Shown: positions 22,003 to 33,190, counted from the stretch's first letter. The stretch is DNA of 64,000 nt from an uncultured delta proteobacterium (GCA_963785725.1 CAWAWS010000015.1:160001-224000), one strand, 5' to 3'. Notes: generated by a model not told the origin, from the letters alone. Translations and numbers: made by a program.

Positions 22003-22866
22003 ATGCGGCGACTCTCGGCAGTGCTGCTCGCGACGCTGACCCTCCTCGCTCCGGCGGCCGCGCGCGCAGATAAGACGGAGGCGTTCACGCACGACGAATC
22101 GCCGTACGAATTGCGGCTCGACATCGACATCGCGGCCGTCGTGCTCGGCGGCGTCTTGTGGGGCGGCACGACGCTCATCGGCAACACGGTGCCACCCTCG
22201 TACTGCGGCACCTCGACGACGCCTGCTTGCAATGCGAAGAACCTCAACGCCTTCGATCGCTTGGCGCTGGGCCACTCGAGCCAGAGCGCGCGCACCGCCG
22301 CCAACATCATCGAATTCGTTCCGCTGCTGTATCTGGCCATCGACATCGGCGACGTCGGGCTCAAGCATTGGAAGACCTATTTGACCGACTTATGGGTCTT
22401 CGCCGAGGTGCTGGGCTGGAACGGCGGCATCCAGGACGTCGTGCGTCGCGCGGTGCGCCGGCCGCGGCCGTTCATGTACACGCCCGGCCTGTACTCGCAG
22501 AGCGAGCGCGACGCCCCCGACGCGGGCATGTCGTTCTACTCCGGCCACACGGCGTTCGCGTTCGCCATCGCCACGACGGCGGCCTATACGTTCACGCTGC
22601 GCCATCCGCACTGGTGGGTGCGCTGGCTGGTGTGGCCGAGCTTGATGTTGGTGGCGTCGGTCGAGCCGTTTCTGCGCGTCTACTCGGGCGACCACTTTCC
22701 GACCGACGTCATCGTCGGCGCCGTCGCCGGCTCGGCGGTCGGCCTGTTGATTCCGGCGCTGCATCGTCGCACGGCGCGCTCGCCGTCGAAGATCCTGACC
22801 GGCATGCGCCTCGTCCCGGTGCAGACCAACACGTCGACGACGCTCTCGCTCGTGGGAATGTGGTAG
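22003..22866 (+). CDS. PAP2-family phosphatase
   Basis: RPRP, SFYSGHT, RVYSGDHFPTDV. Signal peptide. Confidence 0.9.
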   Translation: MRRLSAVLLATLTLLAPAAARADKTEAFTHDESPYELRLDIDIAAVVLGGVLWGGTTLIGNTVPPSYCGTSTTPACNAKNLNAFDRLALGHSSQSARTAANIIEFVPLLYLAIDIGDVGLKHWKTYLTDLWVFAEVLGWNGGIQDVVRRAVRRPRPFMYTPGLYSQSERDAPDAGMSFYSGHTAFAFAIATTAAYTFTLRHPHWWVRWLVWPSLMLVASVEPFLRVYSGDHFPTDVIVGAVAGSAVGLLIPALHRRTARSPSKILTGMRLVPVQTNTSTTLSLVGMW

Positions 22867-22867
22867 C

Positions 22868-23392
22868 TCAGCCGACTTCGACGACGGTCCACTCGCGCGT
22901 CTCACCGCCGATGGTGACGTCGATCTGATCGCCGGCGCGCCGTCCGAGGAGCGCGCGACCAACCGGCGACGCCGGCGTAATCACCGACAGAAAGCCGTCG
23001 CCGCCCGGTCCGGTCAGCTCGGTGCCGGCGCCGACGGGCAAGAGAATGAACGTGCGCTCCTGGCTGCCGTCGTCGCCGTCGACCGCGACGTCGATGACGG
23101 CGCCGAGGCCGATCGGGCTCTTGGCGCGAAAATCGGGCACGCCCGAGCGCACGAACGCCGCCAGCTGCTGCAGCTCCTCTTGCACCTTGCGAGCGCGCGC
23201 CGATTGCCCGGTCGCCAAGCTGCCGAACTCGATGGCCGCGCGCCCGTCCTCCTTCTTCTCCGACTCGGTCTGCAGCGTGCGCGCCGCCTCGCGCGCCTCG
23301 TCGCCGGCGCGGCGCGCCACCTCGTCCGACTGCTTGAGCCGCGCCGCCAGCTGCTCGATGAAGTGCTGCTTGTTGAAGCCCATGTCCTCCAT
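22868..23392 (-). CDS. GreA/GreB-family elongation factor-like protein
   Basis: N-terminal coiled coil. C-terminal IGLGAVI...VITPASPVGRALLGRRAGD. Confidence 0.8.
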   Translation of the reverse strand: MEDMGFNKQHFIEQLAARLKQSDEVARRAGDEAREAARTLQTESEKKEDGRAAIEFGSLATGQSARARKVQEELQQLAAFVRSGVPDFRAKSPIGLGAVIDVAVDGDDGSQERTFILLPVGAGTELTGPGGDGFLSVITPASPVGRALLGRRAGDQIDVTIGGETREWTVVEVG

Positions 23393-23450
23393 GTTAATCA
23401 GCTCGCGAAAGCTGACAATTTTCCGTCATTTTCGCGGCTAGAATCGGCCC

Positions 23451-24293
23451 ATGCGCCTTCGTTACGTGTTGGTCGACGTCTTCACCGAGCACAAGCTGCA
23501 AGGCAACCAATTGGCCGTGTTTCCCGAGGTCGACGCGACGATCGCGACGGCGCAGCTGCAGGCGTTGGCGCTCGAGCTGTCGCTGTCGGAGACGACGTTC
23601 GTCGTCGGGCGCGGCGAGCGCGGTCCGCGCGTGCGCATCTTCACGCCCGAGGTCGAGCTGCCGTTCGCGGGCCATCCGACGCTGGGCACGGCCGCCGTCG
23701 TCTCGCCCGGCCAAGCGGTGACGCTGGAGCTGAACGTCGGGCCCGTCGCCGTCGCCGTCGCGACGACGGCATACGGCTGGCGCGCCGAGCTCACGGCGCC
23801 GCCGGCCGGCAAGGTGCCGCTCGCCGCCGACGCCGCGACGCTGGCCGCGCGCTTCGGGCTCACGGCCGCCGCCGTCGATCGCAGCTTGCCCGCCGAGGCC
23901 TGGTCGTGCGGCAACGCGTTCGCGTATCTGCCGGTCGTCGACGCGGCGGCGGTGGCGCGCGCGCACATCTCGTCCGAGCCGCCGGCCGCGGGCGAGCCGC
24001 TCGGCGTCGTCGTGTTCGCCGTGGCCGGCGCCGAGGTGCATGCGCGCGTGTTCATCCCCGGCTCGCGCGTGCCCGAAGATCCGGCGACGGGCAGCGCCAA
24101 CGCGCCGCTGTGCGCCTATTTGCACGCGCACGGCCGCTTGGCGCTCGGTCAAACGCTGACGACGACGCAAGGCGTGGAGATGGGCCGCCCGAGCCGCTTG
24201 TGGGCGCGCCTCGAGCGCGACAGCGACGGCGTGTTGCGCCCGCGCGTCGCCGGCGGCGTCGTGCGCGTCGGCGAAGGCGCGTTCGAAATCTAG
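23451..24293 (+). CDS. PhzF-family isomerase
   Basis: DVFT..GNQLAV, LSETTF, RIFTPEVELPFAGHPT, EDPATGSA. Confidence 0.93.
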   Translation: MRLRYVLVDVFTEHKLQGNQLAVFPEVDATIATAQLQALALELSLSETTFVVGRGERGPRVRIFTPEVELPFAGHPTLGTAAVVSPGQAVTLELNVGPVAVAVATTAYGWRAELTAPPAGKVPLAADAATLAARFGLTAAAVDRSLPAEAWSCGNAFAYLPVVDAAAVARAHISSEPPAAGEPLGVVVFAVAGAEVHARVFIPGSRVPEDPATGSANAPLCAYLHAHGRLALGQTLTTTQGVEMGRPSRLWARLERDSDGVLRPRVAGGVVRVGEGAFEI

Positions 24294-25126
24294 AACGCCG
24301 AACGGGTTACCGTTCGCCGCGCGGTTCCGGCGACGACGCGCGCGAAATAGCGCCAGAAGCTGGGCTCGTTGAGCCGCGGATCGATGCGCCCCGCGATCTT
24401 CGCGTGCTCGGCGGCCGCCAAGCTCCAGTGCAGCTTCGGCTGCAAATGATGAACGGTGTGCAAGCCGGCGTTGAACAGATAGGCGTTGAAGAGGGCGCCC
24501 GTGAAGTTGCGCGAGCTGTCGAATTTCGAGCTCGGGACCGTGTCGGCGTGCTGGAAGAAGTTGAAGTTGGCGATGGCGTTGATGGCGATCTGCTGCGGCA
24601 ACACGACCGTCCACAAGGCCTTGCGCCAGTCGATCCACACGAGCAGCGCGATCGTCCCGTAGAGCAGCACGATGTGCGAGACGTGGAACCAGAAGTGGCT
24701 CGGGTTGCGACGATGGATCGTGGCCAGCGCGCGGCCCGCTTGTCGCGTCATGCCGCCGAGGCAGCGCGGGACGTACAGGATCGCGCCCACGAGATCGTTG
24801 CGATCGCCGACGTTGTGCGTGGAGGTGACGTCGAGCGTGGGCCGATTCTGGTGCGCGTGGTGGCTGCGATTGTGGATGGCGAGCCAGGCGATCGCCGGGC
24901 CGCCGTAAAAGAACGTGAGCCAATAGCCGGTCAGCGTGTTGAGCCGATCGTCTTTCCACATCGGCGCGTGATGATGGTTGTGCGCCAAGACCGCGACCGG
25001 CAGCGCCAACACGATCGCGAGCAGGACTAACACCGGGTGAACGCCCCAAATCCACTGGCCGACGCACACCGTCGTTACCGCCGTCATGACCGCTACGGAA
25101 CGATAATCGTCTTTGTATTTGAGCAT
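24290..25126 (-). CDS. Membrane fatty-acid desaturase family protein
   Basis: His boxes HNHHH, HNRSHH and HTVHH, with TM segments. Confidence 0.88.
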   Translation of the reverse strand: MLKYKDDYRSVAVMTAVTTVCVGQWIWGVHPVLVLLAIVLALPVAVLAHNHHHAPMWKDDRLNTLTGYWLTFFYGGPAIAWLAIHNRSHHAHQNRPTLDVTSTHNVGDRNDLVGAILYVPRCLGGMTRQAGRALATIHRRNPSHFWFHVSHIVLLYGTIALLVWIDWRKALWTVVLPQQIAINAIANFNFFQHADTVPSSKFDSSRNFTGALFNAYLFNAGLHTVHHLQPKLHWSLAAAEHAKIAGRIDPRLNEPSFWRYFARVVAGTARRTVTRSAF

Positions 25127-25264
25127 TTGCTAAAATGACGCAGCGTGCAATAAGCGTGCTTGACGCGGTGCGTGAGATCACGCGGGGTTTGCGCCTGGTC
25201 ACTGTGCGCTTTTGTCACGACTGGCGTCCGCAGCAGCCGATCTCCGCGCGTGTTACGATGAGGC

Positions 25265-25972
25265 GTGCGCGTCTCGTCCTTCGCCTGGTGCGCTCTGGCC
25301 GTGGTCGCCGCGTGCGGTGGAAACGGCAGCGGCGCCAGCGGTAACGGCGGCGGCACCAGCAGCGGCGGCGGCGAGGTCGGCGGCACGCCGGAGTCCGGCC
25401 GTGCGACGTATTACGACGCCACCGGCGCAGGCGCCTGCAGCTTCGACGCGACGCCGGACGACCTCGACGTCGCGGCGATGGACATGCCCGAGTGGAGCGG
25501 CAGCGCGCCTTGCGGCGAGTGCGTCGCCGTCAGCGGACCGAAGGGCAACGTCACGGTCCGCATCGTCGACTTGTGCCCCGGCTGCGAAAAGGGGCACCTC
25601 GACCTGAGCATGGAGGCGTTCGCCAAGATAGCCGACGTCTCCGCCGGCAACGTGCCCATCACGTGGTCGGTCGTCCCGTGCGACGTCACCGGCAACTTGC
25701 AATACCGCTACAAAGAGGGCAGCTCGCAGTACTGGACGGCCATTCAAGTGCGCAACTCGCGCCGCGCCATCGCCAAGCTCGAGGTGCAGACGGGCGGCGC
25801 CTGGCAGTCGGTCTCGCGCGCCAGCTACAACTACTTCGTCGACGCGGCCGGCATCGGCACGACGAGCGGCTTCATGGTCCGCGTGACCGCGAGCGACGGG
25901 CAACAGCTGGTCGACTCGTTGCCGCCGGTGCAGTCGGCGCTGGTCGCCACCGGCCTCGCGCAGTTCCAGTAG
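25265..25972 (+). CDS. EXLX1/YoaJ-type expansin lipoprotein (DPBB + CBM63)
   Basis: Lipobox VVAAC. ATYY..GAGACS, CGEC, IVDLCPGC, HLDLS, KEGSSQYW, YNYF. Confidence 0.9.
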   Translation: MRVSSFAWCALAVVAACGGNGSGASGNGGGTSSGGGEVGGTPESGRATYYDATGAGACSFDATPDDLDVAAMDMPEWSGSAPCGECVAVSGPKGNVTVRIVDLCPGCEKGHLDLSMEAFAKIADVSAGNVPITWSVVPCDVTGNLQYRYKEGSSQYWTAIQVRNSRRAIAKLEVQTGGAWQSVSRASYNYFVDAAGIGTTSGFMVRVTASDGQQLVDSLPPVQSALVATGLAQFQ

Positions 25973-26020
25973 TCGCTCGTCGCGACTTGCACCGCGCGCC
26001 GGCGGGCGCAGAACCTGCGC

Positions 26021-26866
26021 ATGGCGCGTCCCTTGGAAATTCGCAGCAGCGGCTTGACCGATCGTGGCCGTGTCCGCGACCGCAACGAGGATCACTTCCT
26101 CGTCGCCGAGCTGCGCCGCATGATGGTCGTCGAGGCCACGAGCTTGTCGCAGCCGTCGGCGCTGTTCGGCTCGCATCGCGGTCACCTGTTGGCGGTCGCC
26201 GACGGAATGGGCGGCCATCGCGCCGGCGAGCAGGCGAGCGCGCTGGCCTTGGTCACCGTCGAGCAGTTCATGCTGAACACGCTGCGCTGGTTCCTGCAGC
26301 TCAAAGGCGAAGGCTCGCTCGTCGAGTTCCAAGAGGCGCTGCGCTCGGCCGACGCGCGTATCTTCGAGGCCGCGCGCAACGCGCCCGAGCTCAAGGGCAT
26401 GGGCACGACCTTGACGATGGCCTACGTCATCGACGGCACGCTCTATCTCGTGCACGCGGGCGACAGCCGCTGTTACCTGTTGCGCGCCGGCGAGCTCCAT
26501 CAGCTGACGCGCGATCACACGCTCGTCGCGCAGATGGTGCAAGCGGGCGCGCTGTCCGAGAGCGACGTCAAGACGAGCCCATTTCGCAACGTCATCACCA
26601 ACGCCGTCGGCGGCAACGATCCCGGCGTCAAAGCGGAGGTGAACAAGCTGACGCTGGAGGCCGACGACATCTTGATGCTGTGCTCGGACGGCTTGACGGG
26701 CATGGTGGCCGACGCCGACATCGCGCACGTGCTCAAGAGCGTGCGCGATCCGAGCGCGGCCTGCGCGCAGCTGGTCGCGCGCGCCAACGAGGCCGGCGGC
26801 GGCGACAACGTCACCGTCATCGTCGGCCGCGTCGAAGCCAGCCGCGAGCCCGAAACCCTAGAGTAA
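26021..26866 (+). CDS. PP2C-family Ser/Thr phosphatase
   Basis: GRVRDRNED, VADGMGGH, GMGTT, HAGDSR, QLTRDH, CSDGL, GGDNVT. Confidence 0.95.
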   Translation: MARPLEIRSSGLTDRGRVRDRNEDHFLVAELRRMMVVEATSLSQPSALFGSHRGHLLAVADGMGGHRAGEQASALALVTVEQFMLNTLRWFLQLKGEGSLVEFQEALRSADARIFEAARNAPELKGMGTTLTMAYVIDGTLYLVHAGDSRCYLLRAGELHQLTRDHTLVAQMVQAGALSESDVKTSPFRNVITNAVGGNDPGVKAEVNKLTLEADDILMLCSDGLTGMVADADIAHVLKSVRDPSAACAQLVARANEAGGGDNVTVIVGRVEASREPETLE

Positions 26867-26894
26867 CTAAGCGTAACCGAGTAACGAAGCGGGA

Positions 26895-27932
26895 CTAAGG
26901 CTGGGTCGTGCAGTCGCCGGTGTCGACGGCGTTGGGGACGACGGCCGGCGTGCCGTTGTAGCTCCAGGTCTGCGCGCAGGTGCTGTTGTCGATCTCTTTG
27001 GCCTGGTCGAGCACGGTGTACGTGCCGTCGGTGCCGTCGAACTCGACGAGCCAGAAGTTGTTGGGATCGTAGCGCGTGCCGCCCATCGTCCAGTGGAAGA
27101 CGTCGTTGTTGAAGGCGCTGGCGTCGACCCAGTGGTGGCTGTGGCCGGCCAAGAAGCCTTTGACGTTGGGGCTGGCGTCGAGCAGCTGCGGCAAGCCCGG
27201 ATAAGGCCCGGTCTCGTAGCTGTCGTAGAGCAGCCGGAAGATGTGGCTCATGACGATCGTCGGCTTGTTCTCTTGCAGCTGCGCCGTGGCCCAGGCCATT
27301 TGCGTGTCGCCCATCGAGGCCCAGCCGGTGTTGCAGTGCGGGCTGGTGAGGTCGAAGGTGTCGCCGCGCTGGCTGTCGATGAGCACGAACTTCCAGCCGT
27401 GATAGTCGACCGCCTGATAGGGCGGCTGGCCGAAGAACTCCATGAACCGATCTTCCGAGAACTGCCGATCGTAGCTGTCGGTGGTGTCGCCGCAGTCGAC
27501 CTCGTAGTCGTGGTTTCCCATCGTCATGTAGACCGGCATCGTGAACGTCTTGAAGATGTCGCGGGCGATGGAGTAGGCGTTGACGTTGTCGCGGTACCAC
27601 TGCGGATCGGTCGACAGATGCGCCTTGTGGACGACGTCGCCCATGACGAACACCATCGACGGCGGCGGCGTGATGGCGTTGATCGTGTCGCGCACGGCGT
27701 TCAAGCGGTCGACGGTGTGCACGATGCTGGCGTTGTCGACGTCGCTGTTCTCGGAGCAGCAGACATATTGCGGCCCGATGATGTGCGTGTCGGTGATGAA
27801 GACCGCGCGGAAGGTGTCGTGCGGCTTCGACTTGGCGGAGTTGCTGCAGCCGGCGACGATGAAGCAGCCGACCGCGGCGAAGGCGACGAATGAGCGCGAG
27901 CGAACCAAGAGCGACGACATGCCCGTGAGCAT
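26895..27932 (-). CDS. Calcineurin-like metallophosphoesterase lipoprotein
   Basis: DTH, GDVV, GNHD and GHSH motifs. Lipobox IVAGC. ATG 27932 has a GGGAGG RBS. Confidence 0.88.
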   Translation of the reverse strand: MLTGMSSLLVRSRSFVAFAAVGCFIVAGCSNSAKSKPHDTFRAVFITDTHIIGPQYVCCSENSDVDNASIVHTVDRLNAVRDTINAITPPPSMVFVMGDVVHKAHLSTDPQWYRDNVNAYSIARDIFKTFTMPVYMTMGNHDYEVDCGDTTDSYDRQFSEDRFMEFFGQPPYQAVDYHGWKFVLIDSQRGDTFDLTSPHCNTGWASMGDTQMAWATAQLQENKPTIVMSHIFRLLYDSYETGPYPGLPQLLDASPNVKGFLAGHSHHWVDASAFNNDVFHWTMGGTRYDPNNFWLVEFDGTDGTYTVLDQAKEIDNSTCAQTWSYNGTPAVVPNAVDTGDCTTQP

Positions 27933-28056
27933 CGAGCCTCCCATGCGAATCCTGGACGACGACCGCGAAACAATACCTCGTCGGAATGGAATCGGCAGGA
28001 GGCGAACGCGCGAACCGCTCTCGTCTTTTGTTGCGGCGCTCCGCGTCAAACAGGGG

Positions 28057-28815
28057 TCAGACGTGCTTTTCCACCGCGCTCAGGAGCTCGCGCACGTCGA
28101 GCGGCTTCGACAAGAACTCGTTCACGTGTAACGAACCGGCCTCGCGCTGGACGTCGGTCGTCGCCGATAGGATGATCACCGGAATCTGCGCCAGCCGCGG
28201 ATCGGCCAGCTGCGCCGTGCGGAAGGTCCAGCCGTCCATCACCGGCATCATGAGGTCGAGCAGCACGAGCCGCGGCAGGGATTCGCACTGCCGCAGCCAC
28301 GCCAGCGCGTCACGGCCGTTCGAGGCTTCGTGCACGGCCAGGCCTTCGAGCGCCAACAGCTGCGCGATCGACTCGCGGATCTCGTCGTCGTCCTCGACGA
28401 TCAGCACCGGATGCTCCTCGTTGCCGCGCTCGAGCAGCCGCCGCACCTCGGACAGGAGCGAATCCATCGAGCACGGCTTACTCAAGAACGCGTCACAGCC
28501 GCGGGCGCGCATCTCCTCGGCGTTGCGGCGCGCGAACTGCGCCGTCAGCATGACGACCGGCACTTTGGCGGTGCGCTCGTCCTGCTTGAGGAGGGTCATC
28601 GCCTCCGCGCCGTTCATGCCTTTGAGCTGATAGTCCATGACGACGAGGTCGGGCGAATGCTGCAGCGCCTTGCGGAGCACGTCGTCGCCGCTGTCGGCGC
28701 CGACGACGGAGAAGCCGGCTCCGGCGAGCACGTCGGAGTACAGCTCGTAGGTGTCCGCGTCATCCTCGACGAGCAGAATGGTGAACTGACTTCGGTCCCG
28801 AGTCGACAGATGCAT
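28057..28815 (-). CDS. Response regulator with two receiver domains and no output domain
   Basis: Two sets of LxVEDD / D..(K/P)xMxG / (T/S)A / KP. Confidence 0.9.
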   Translation of the reverse strand: MHLSTRDRSQFTILLVEDDADTYELYSDVLAGAGFSVVGADSGDDVLRKALQHSPDLVVMDYQLKGMNGAEAMTLLKQDERTAKVPVVMLTAQFARRNAEEMRARGCDAFLSKPCSMDSLLSEVRRLLERGNEEHPVLIVEDDDEIRESIAQLLALEGLAVHEASNGRDALAWLRQCESLPRLVLLDLMMPVMDGWTFRTAQLADPRLAQIPVIILSATTDVQREAGSLHVNEFLSKPLDVRELLSAVEKHV

Positions 28816-29009
28816 CGCTATGTAAGGATAGCTGGCTCGATGTCAGGCGGTAGTAAAACTGCGCAGCAAAGCGCTCGCGTCAGTCGTCGCCGCCCGGGCT
28901 CGCCGTTGCGGCGCCTCGTGTTTCGCCCGTACCAGCCGGCGGCCGAGCCGGCCGCCGATCATGCAACTGCGCGGGAGTCGTCACCTAATCGCGAACGGAG
29001 CGATCCGGT

Positions 29010-29025
29010 TGGCACGCTCCTTGGA
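29010..29025 (+). promoter_or_regulatory. Putative sigma54 promoter of amt
   Basis: TGGCACG-CTCC-TTGGA: exact -24 element and variant -12, about 80 nt upstream of the ATG. Confidence 0.6.
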
Positions 29026-29107
29026 CGACCTGCCCAGCCAAGAATTTACACGGAATAAACATGGCCGATAACGCCCTGCAACCGATTCTGGCTAAGCCTT
29101 TGGGGAC

Positions 29108-30434
29108 ATGAGCGCTTCGATCAACAGCGGTGACACGGCGTGGATGTTGGTCTCGACGGCGATGGTCATGTTGATGACGCCGGGGCTGGCGCTGTTCTAC
29201 GGCGGCATGGTGCAGCGCAAGAACGTGCTGTCGACGTTCATGCACTGCTTCTTCGCGCTCGGCCTCGTGACCTTGCAGTGGGCCGTCATCGGCTACTCGC
29301 TGGCGTTCGCGCCGACGCATCACGGGCTCATCGGCGGCTTCGACTACGCCTTCTTGCGCGGCGTCGGCATGACGCCGCAGCCGGGCGCGACCATCCCGCA
29401 CCTCGGTCTTCATGATGTACCAGTGCATGTTCGCGGTGATCACGCCCGCGCTCATCGCCGGCGCCTTCGCCGAGCGCATGAAGTTCTCGGCCTACTGCCT
29501 CTTCATCGTCTTGTGGTCGACGTTCGTCTACGACCCGCTGGCGCATTGGGTGTGGGGACCGGACGGCTGGCTGGTCAAGCGCGGCGCGCTCGATTTCGCC
29601 GGCGGCACCGTCGTCCACTTGTCGTCGGGCATCTCGGCGCTCGTCGCCGCCATCGTCGTCGGTGGACGCATCGGCTATCCCAAGATGCGCCACGCGCCGC
29701 ACAACGTCACCATGACCGTCACCGGCGCCGGCCTCTTGTGGTTCGGCTGGTTCGGCTTCAACGGCGGCTCGGCGCTGGCGTCGAACGGCTTGGCCGGCCT
29801 CGCGTTCGCCAACACGCACTTGGCCGCCGCCGCCGGCGCCGTCGCCTGGGGCTTCGTCGAGCGCATCCGCGTGCAGAAGGTGACGATGCTCGGCGTCGCC
29901 TCGGGGCTCGTCGCCGGCTTGGTCGGCATCACGCCCGCGGCCGGCTTCGTGTCGCCGATGGCCGCCATCGTCATCGGTCTCGCCGCCGGCGTCGTCTGCT
30001 ACGGCGGCGTGCTCCTGAAGTCGCGCTTCCGTTACGACGACGCGCTCGACGCGTTCGGCGTGCACGGCGTCGGCGGCGCGCTGGGCGCGGTCTTGACCGG
30101 CGTCTTCGCGGCCAAGGCCTTCAACCCCGCCGGCGCCGACGGCCTCTTGCTCGGCGGCGTCTCGGTGTTCGTCACGCAGCTCATCGGCATCGCCGCCGCC
30201 GGCGCGTATGCGGCCGTCATCAGCTTCGTGCTCCTCAAGATCATCGACGCGACGCTCGGCCTGCGCGCGCCGGCCGAAGAGGAGGGCGAAGGGCTCGATG
30301 CCACGCAGCACGGCGAATCCGGCTACGAGCTCGGCGTCGTCGGCGCCAGCGACGCCATGCACGCCGTGGCCAGCGAAGACGAGCCGGCGCCGAGCGGCCA
30401 CGGCTCGCTCACGCACGCCCGCAGCGCCAGCTAA
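29108..30434 (+). CDS. amt: Ammonium transporter (frameshift near 29405)
   Basis: MTPGLALFYGG, FAVITPALI, AERMKF, DFAGGTVVH, LWFGWFGFNGGS, DDALDAFGVHG. Confidence 0.93.
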
Positions 30435-30477
30435 GTCAGTCCCAAACGTCGTCGAAGACGTTCCAGCCGTAGCGCGT

Positions 30478-30957
30478 CTAGCCGCAGCATTTCTTGTGTT
30501 TCTTGCCGCTGCCGCACGGGCAGGGCTCGTTGCGGCCGACGGTGACGGCGCGCGCGGCCACCGGCGGCGCGACGTGCACGCCGTCGCGATAGCACCAGCG
30601 GCCGTCGGCGCGAATGAAGCGTGAGCGCTCGTGGTGGCGCTGCTCGCGGCCGTCGGCTCGATAGCGCGCCGCGAACTCGACGACACCGGCCGCTTCGTCG
30701 ACGGCGAGGATGGTCAAGCCGAGCCAGTCGGAGTCGCGCGCCCAGCGGCCGATGGCGCGGCGGTCGAGCGTGGCACGCGTGGCAGGGTCGTGCGTGTCGA
30801 CGATGTAATCGATGGCGCCGCGCACGTGCGCCGTGTAGCGCGAGCGCATGAGCGCCTCGGCGGTGGGTGCGGCGGCGCCGGCGATGAGCGGGCCGCAGCA
30901 GTCGGCGAAGGCGCGGCCGCTGCCGCACGGGCAGGCTGCGAGGTCGGGCTGCGTCAT
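30478..30957 (-). CDS. ychJ: YchJ-family SEC-C motif protein
   Basis: [43 protein letters not shown]. Confidence 0.92.
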   Translation of the reverse strand: MTQPDLAACPCGSGRAFADCCGPLIAGAAAPTAEALMRSRYTAHVRGAIDYIVDTHDPATRATLDRRAIGRWARDSDWLGLTILAVDEAAGVVEFAARYRADGREQRHHERSRFIRADGRWCYRDGVHVAPPVAARAVTVGRNEPCPCGSGKKHKKCCG

Positions 30958-31053
30958 GCCTCTTCGTAGCGCCATCGAGCGGCGCTGCCAACCTTTGTCA
31001 CCGGTCGGTGTTGCCCTCTTCAGCACTGCGCGCACCGCCAACTAGAGGACGCA

Positions 31054-33126
31054 ATGAACCGATTCGGCGCCATTCGTAACCAATTCCTCGTCATTTGCTT
31101 CGCTGCCAGCTGCGCGCCTTCGGGCGGCGAGCGGCGCGGCGTGTCGTCGGCCGGCCTCGACCTGTCGGCGATGGATCAGTCGGTCAAGCCGGGCGACGAC
31201 TTCTTCGCCTACGCCAACGGCCGCTGGTTCAAGGGCCACGCGATCCCCGCCGACAAAGCCGGCGACGGCGTGGGCGCCGAGCTCGCCGAGCTGACCGCCA
31301 AGCGCACGGCCGCGCTCATCGCCGAGACGGCGAAGACCGACGCGCCGCCCGGTTCGGACGCGCGCAAGATCGGCGACTACTACGCGACGTTCATCGACGA
31401 GGCGGCCATCGAAGCGGCGGGGCTCAAGCCGCTGCAGCCGGCGCTCGCCCGCGTCGCCGCCATCACCGACGCCACGAGCCTGTCGCGCTATCTCGGCTCG
31501 ACGCTGCGCGCCGACGTCGACGTCCTCAACAACACGCGCTTCGACACCGATCACCTGTTCGGCCTGTGGGTCGCGCAGGATCTGAACGATCCGACGCGCT
31601 ACGCCGCGTTCCTCTTGCAAGGCGGCCTCGGGCTGCCCGATCGCGACTACTACCTCGACGCGACGCCGCGCGCGCAGACGCAGCGCACGCAGTACCAGCG
31701 CACATCGCCAACGTCTTGAAGCTGGCCGGCATCGCCGACGCCGACGGCAAAGCGGCGCGCATCTTCGCGCTCGAGAAGCGCATCGCCGAGGCGCACGCGC
31801 CGCGCATCGAGACCGAGGACGTGCAAAAGGGCAACAACCACTGGCCGCGCAGCGAGTTCGCGACGCGCGCCGCCGGCATCGACTGGGACGCGTTCTTCGT
31901 CGCCGCCGGGCTCGACACGCCGACGAGCTCGTCGCCTGGCAGCCGGCGGCGGTGACGGCGATCTCGGCGCTCGTGCGCTCGCAAGATGCTCGCAGACCTG
32001 GAAGGACTATTTGACGTTCCACGCCATCGCGCACGTCAGCGGCAGCTCTGCCCAAGGCGTTCGTCGACGAGGGCTTCGAGTTCTACGGCAAGAAGCTGGC
32101 CGGCACGCCAAGCTGCCCGATCGCTGGAAGCGCGCCGTCTACGCCACCGACGACGCGCTCGGCGAGGCCGTCGGCAAGCTCTACGTCGCGCGCTATTTCC
32201 CGCCGGCGGAGAAGGCGCGCGCCGAGGAGATGGTGCACAACGTAGATCGCCGCCTTCGCGCAGCGCATCGATCGGCTCGACTGGATGGCGCCGGAGACGA
32301 AGGCGCAGGCGAAGGCCAAGCTCGCGGCGCTCAAGGTCGGCGTCGGCTATCCCGACAAGTGGCGCGACTACTCGGCGCTCGACGTCGTCCGCGGCGACGC
32401 GCATCGGCAACTGCGAGCGCGCCGAGCTGTTCGAATATCGGCGCAACCTGGCCAAGCTGGGGCAGCCGATCGATCGCGGCGAGTGGGTGATGACGCCGCA
32501 GCTGGTGAACGCCGTGAACCTGCCGGCGATGAACGCGCTCAACTTCCCGGCGGCGATCCTGCAGCCGCCGTTCTTCGATCCGAAGCGGCCGGCGGTCGAT
32601 GGACTACGGCGCGGTGGGCGCGATCATCGGCCACGAGATCAGCCACAGCTTCGACGATCAGGGCGCGCTCTTCGACGCCGACGGCAAGCTGCGCAACTGG
32701 TGGACGCCGGCGGACTTCGCGCACTTTACGGCGTCGTCGACGGCGCTGGTCAAGCAGTTCGACGGCTATCAGCCCGCTCCCCGACGTGCACGTCAACGGC
32801 AAGCTGACGGTGAGCGAGAACATCGCCGACGTCGCCGGGCTGGCCGCGGCGTACGACGCCTATCGCCTCTCGCTCGGCGGCAAAGAGGCGCCGGCGGTCG
32901 GTGGGCTCGCCGGCGATCAGCAGTTCTTCGTCAGCTTCGCGCAGACGTGGCAGCAGCAAGTCGCGCGAGCCGGCGCTTGCGGCAGCAGCTCATGACCGAC
33001 GGCCACGCGCCGGCCGAATTCCGCGCCGACACCGTGCGCAACCTCGACGCGTGGTACGACGCGTTCGGCGTGCACGAAGGCGAGAAGCTGTACCTAGGGC
33101 CGCAAGAACGCGTGCGCGTTTGGTAG
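31054..33126 (+). CDS. M13-family metalloendopeptidase (PepO/neprilysin-like), many frameshifts
   Basis: PGDDFF..ANG.W, GLPDRDYY, LGEAVG, VGYPD, VNAVN, FPAAILQPPF, GHEISH, ENIADV. Fragments alternate between frames about 8-10 times. Could be a real pseudogene. Confidence 0.85.
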
Positions 33127-33190
33127 TCGACCGCGCGCGTCTCATAAATGCGCGTCGCGCGACGATCGCGACTGCCGGCGGCGGCTGAAG

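Noticed and set aside
26861..26891. GAGTAAC(T/G)AAGCG repeated at an 18-bp period between convergent genes
   Set aside because: Two short imperfect copies, too little to assign a function.
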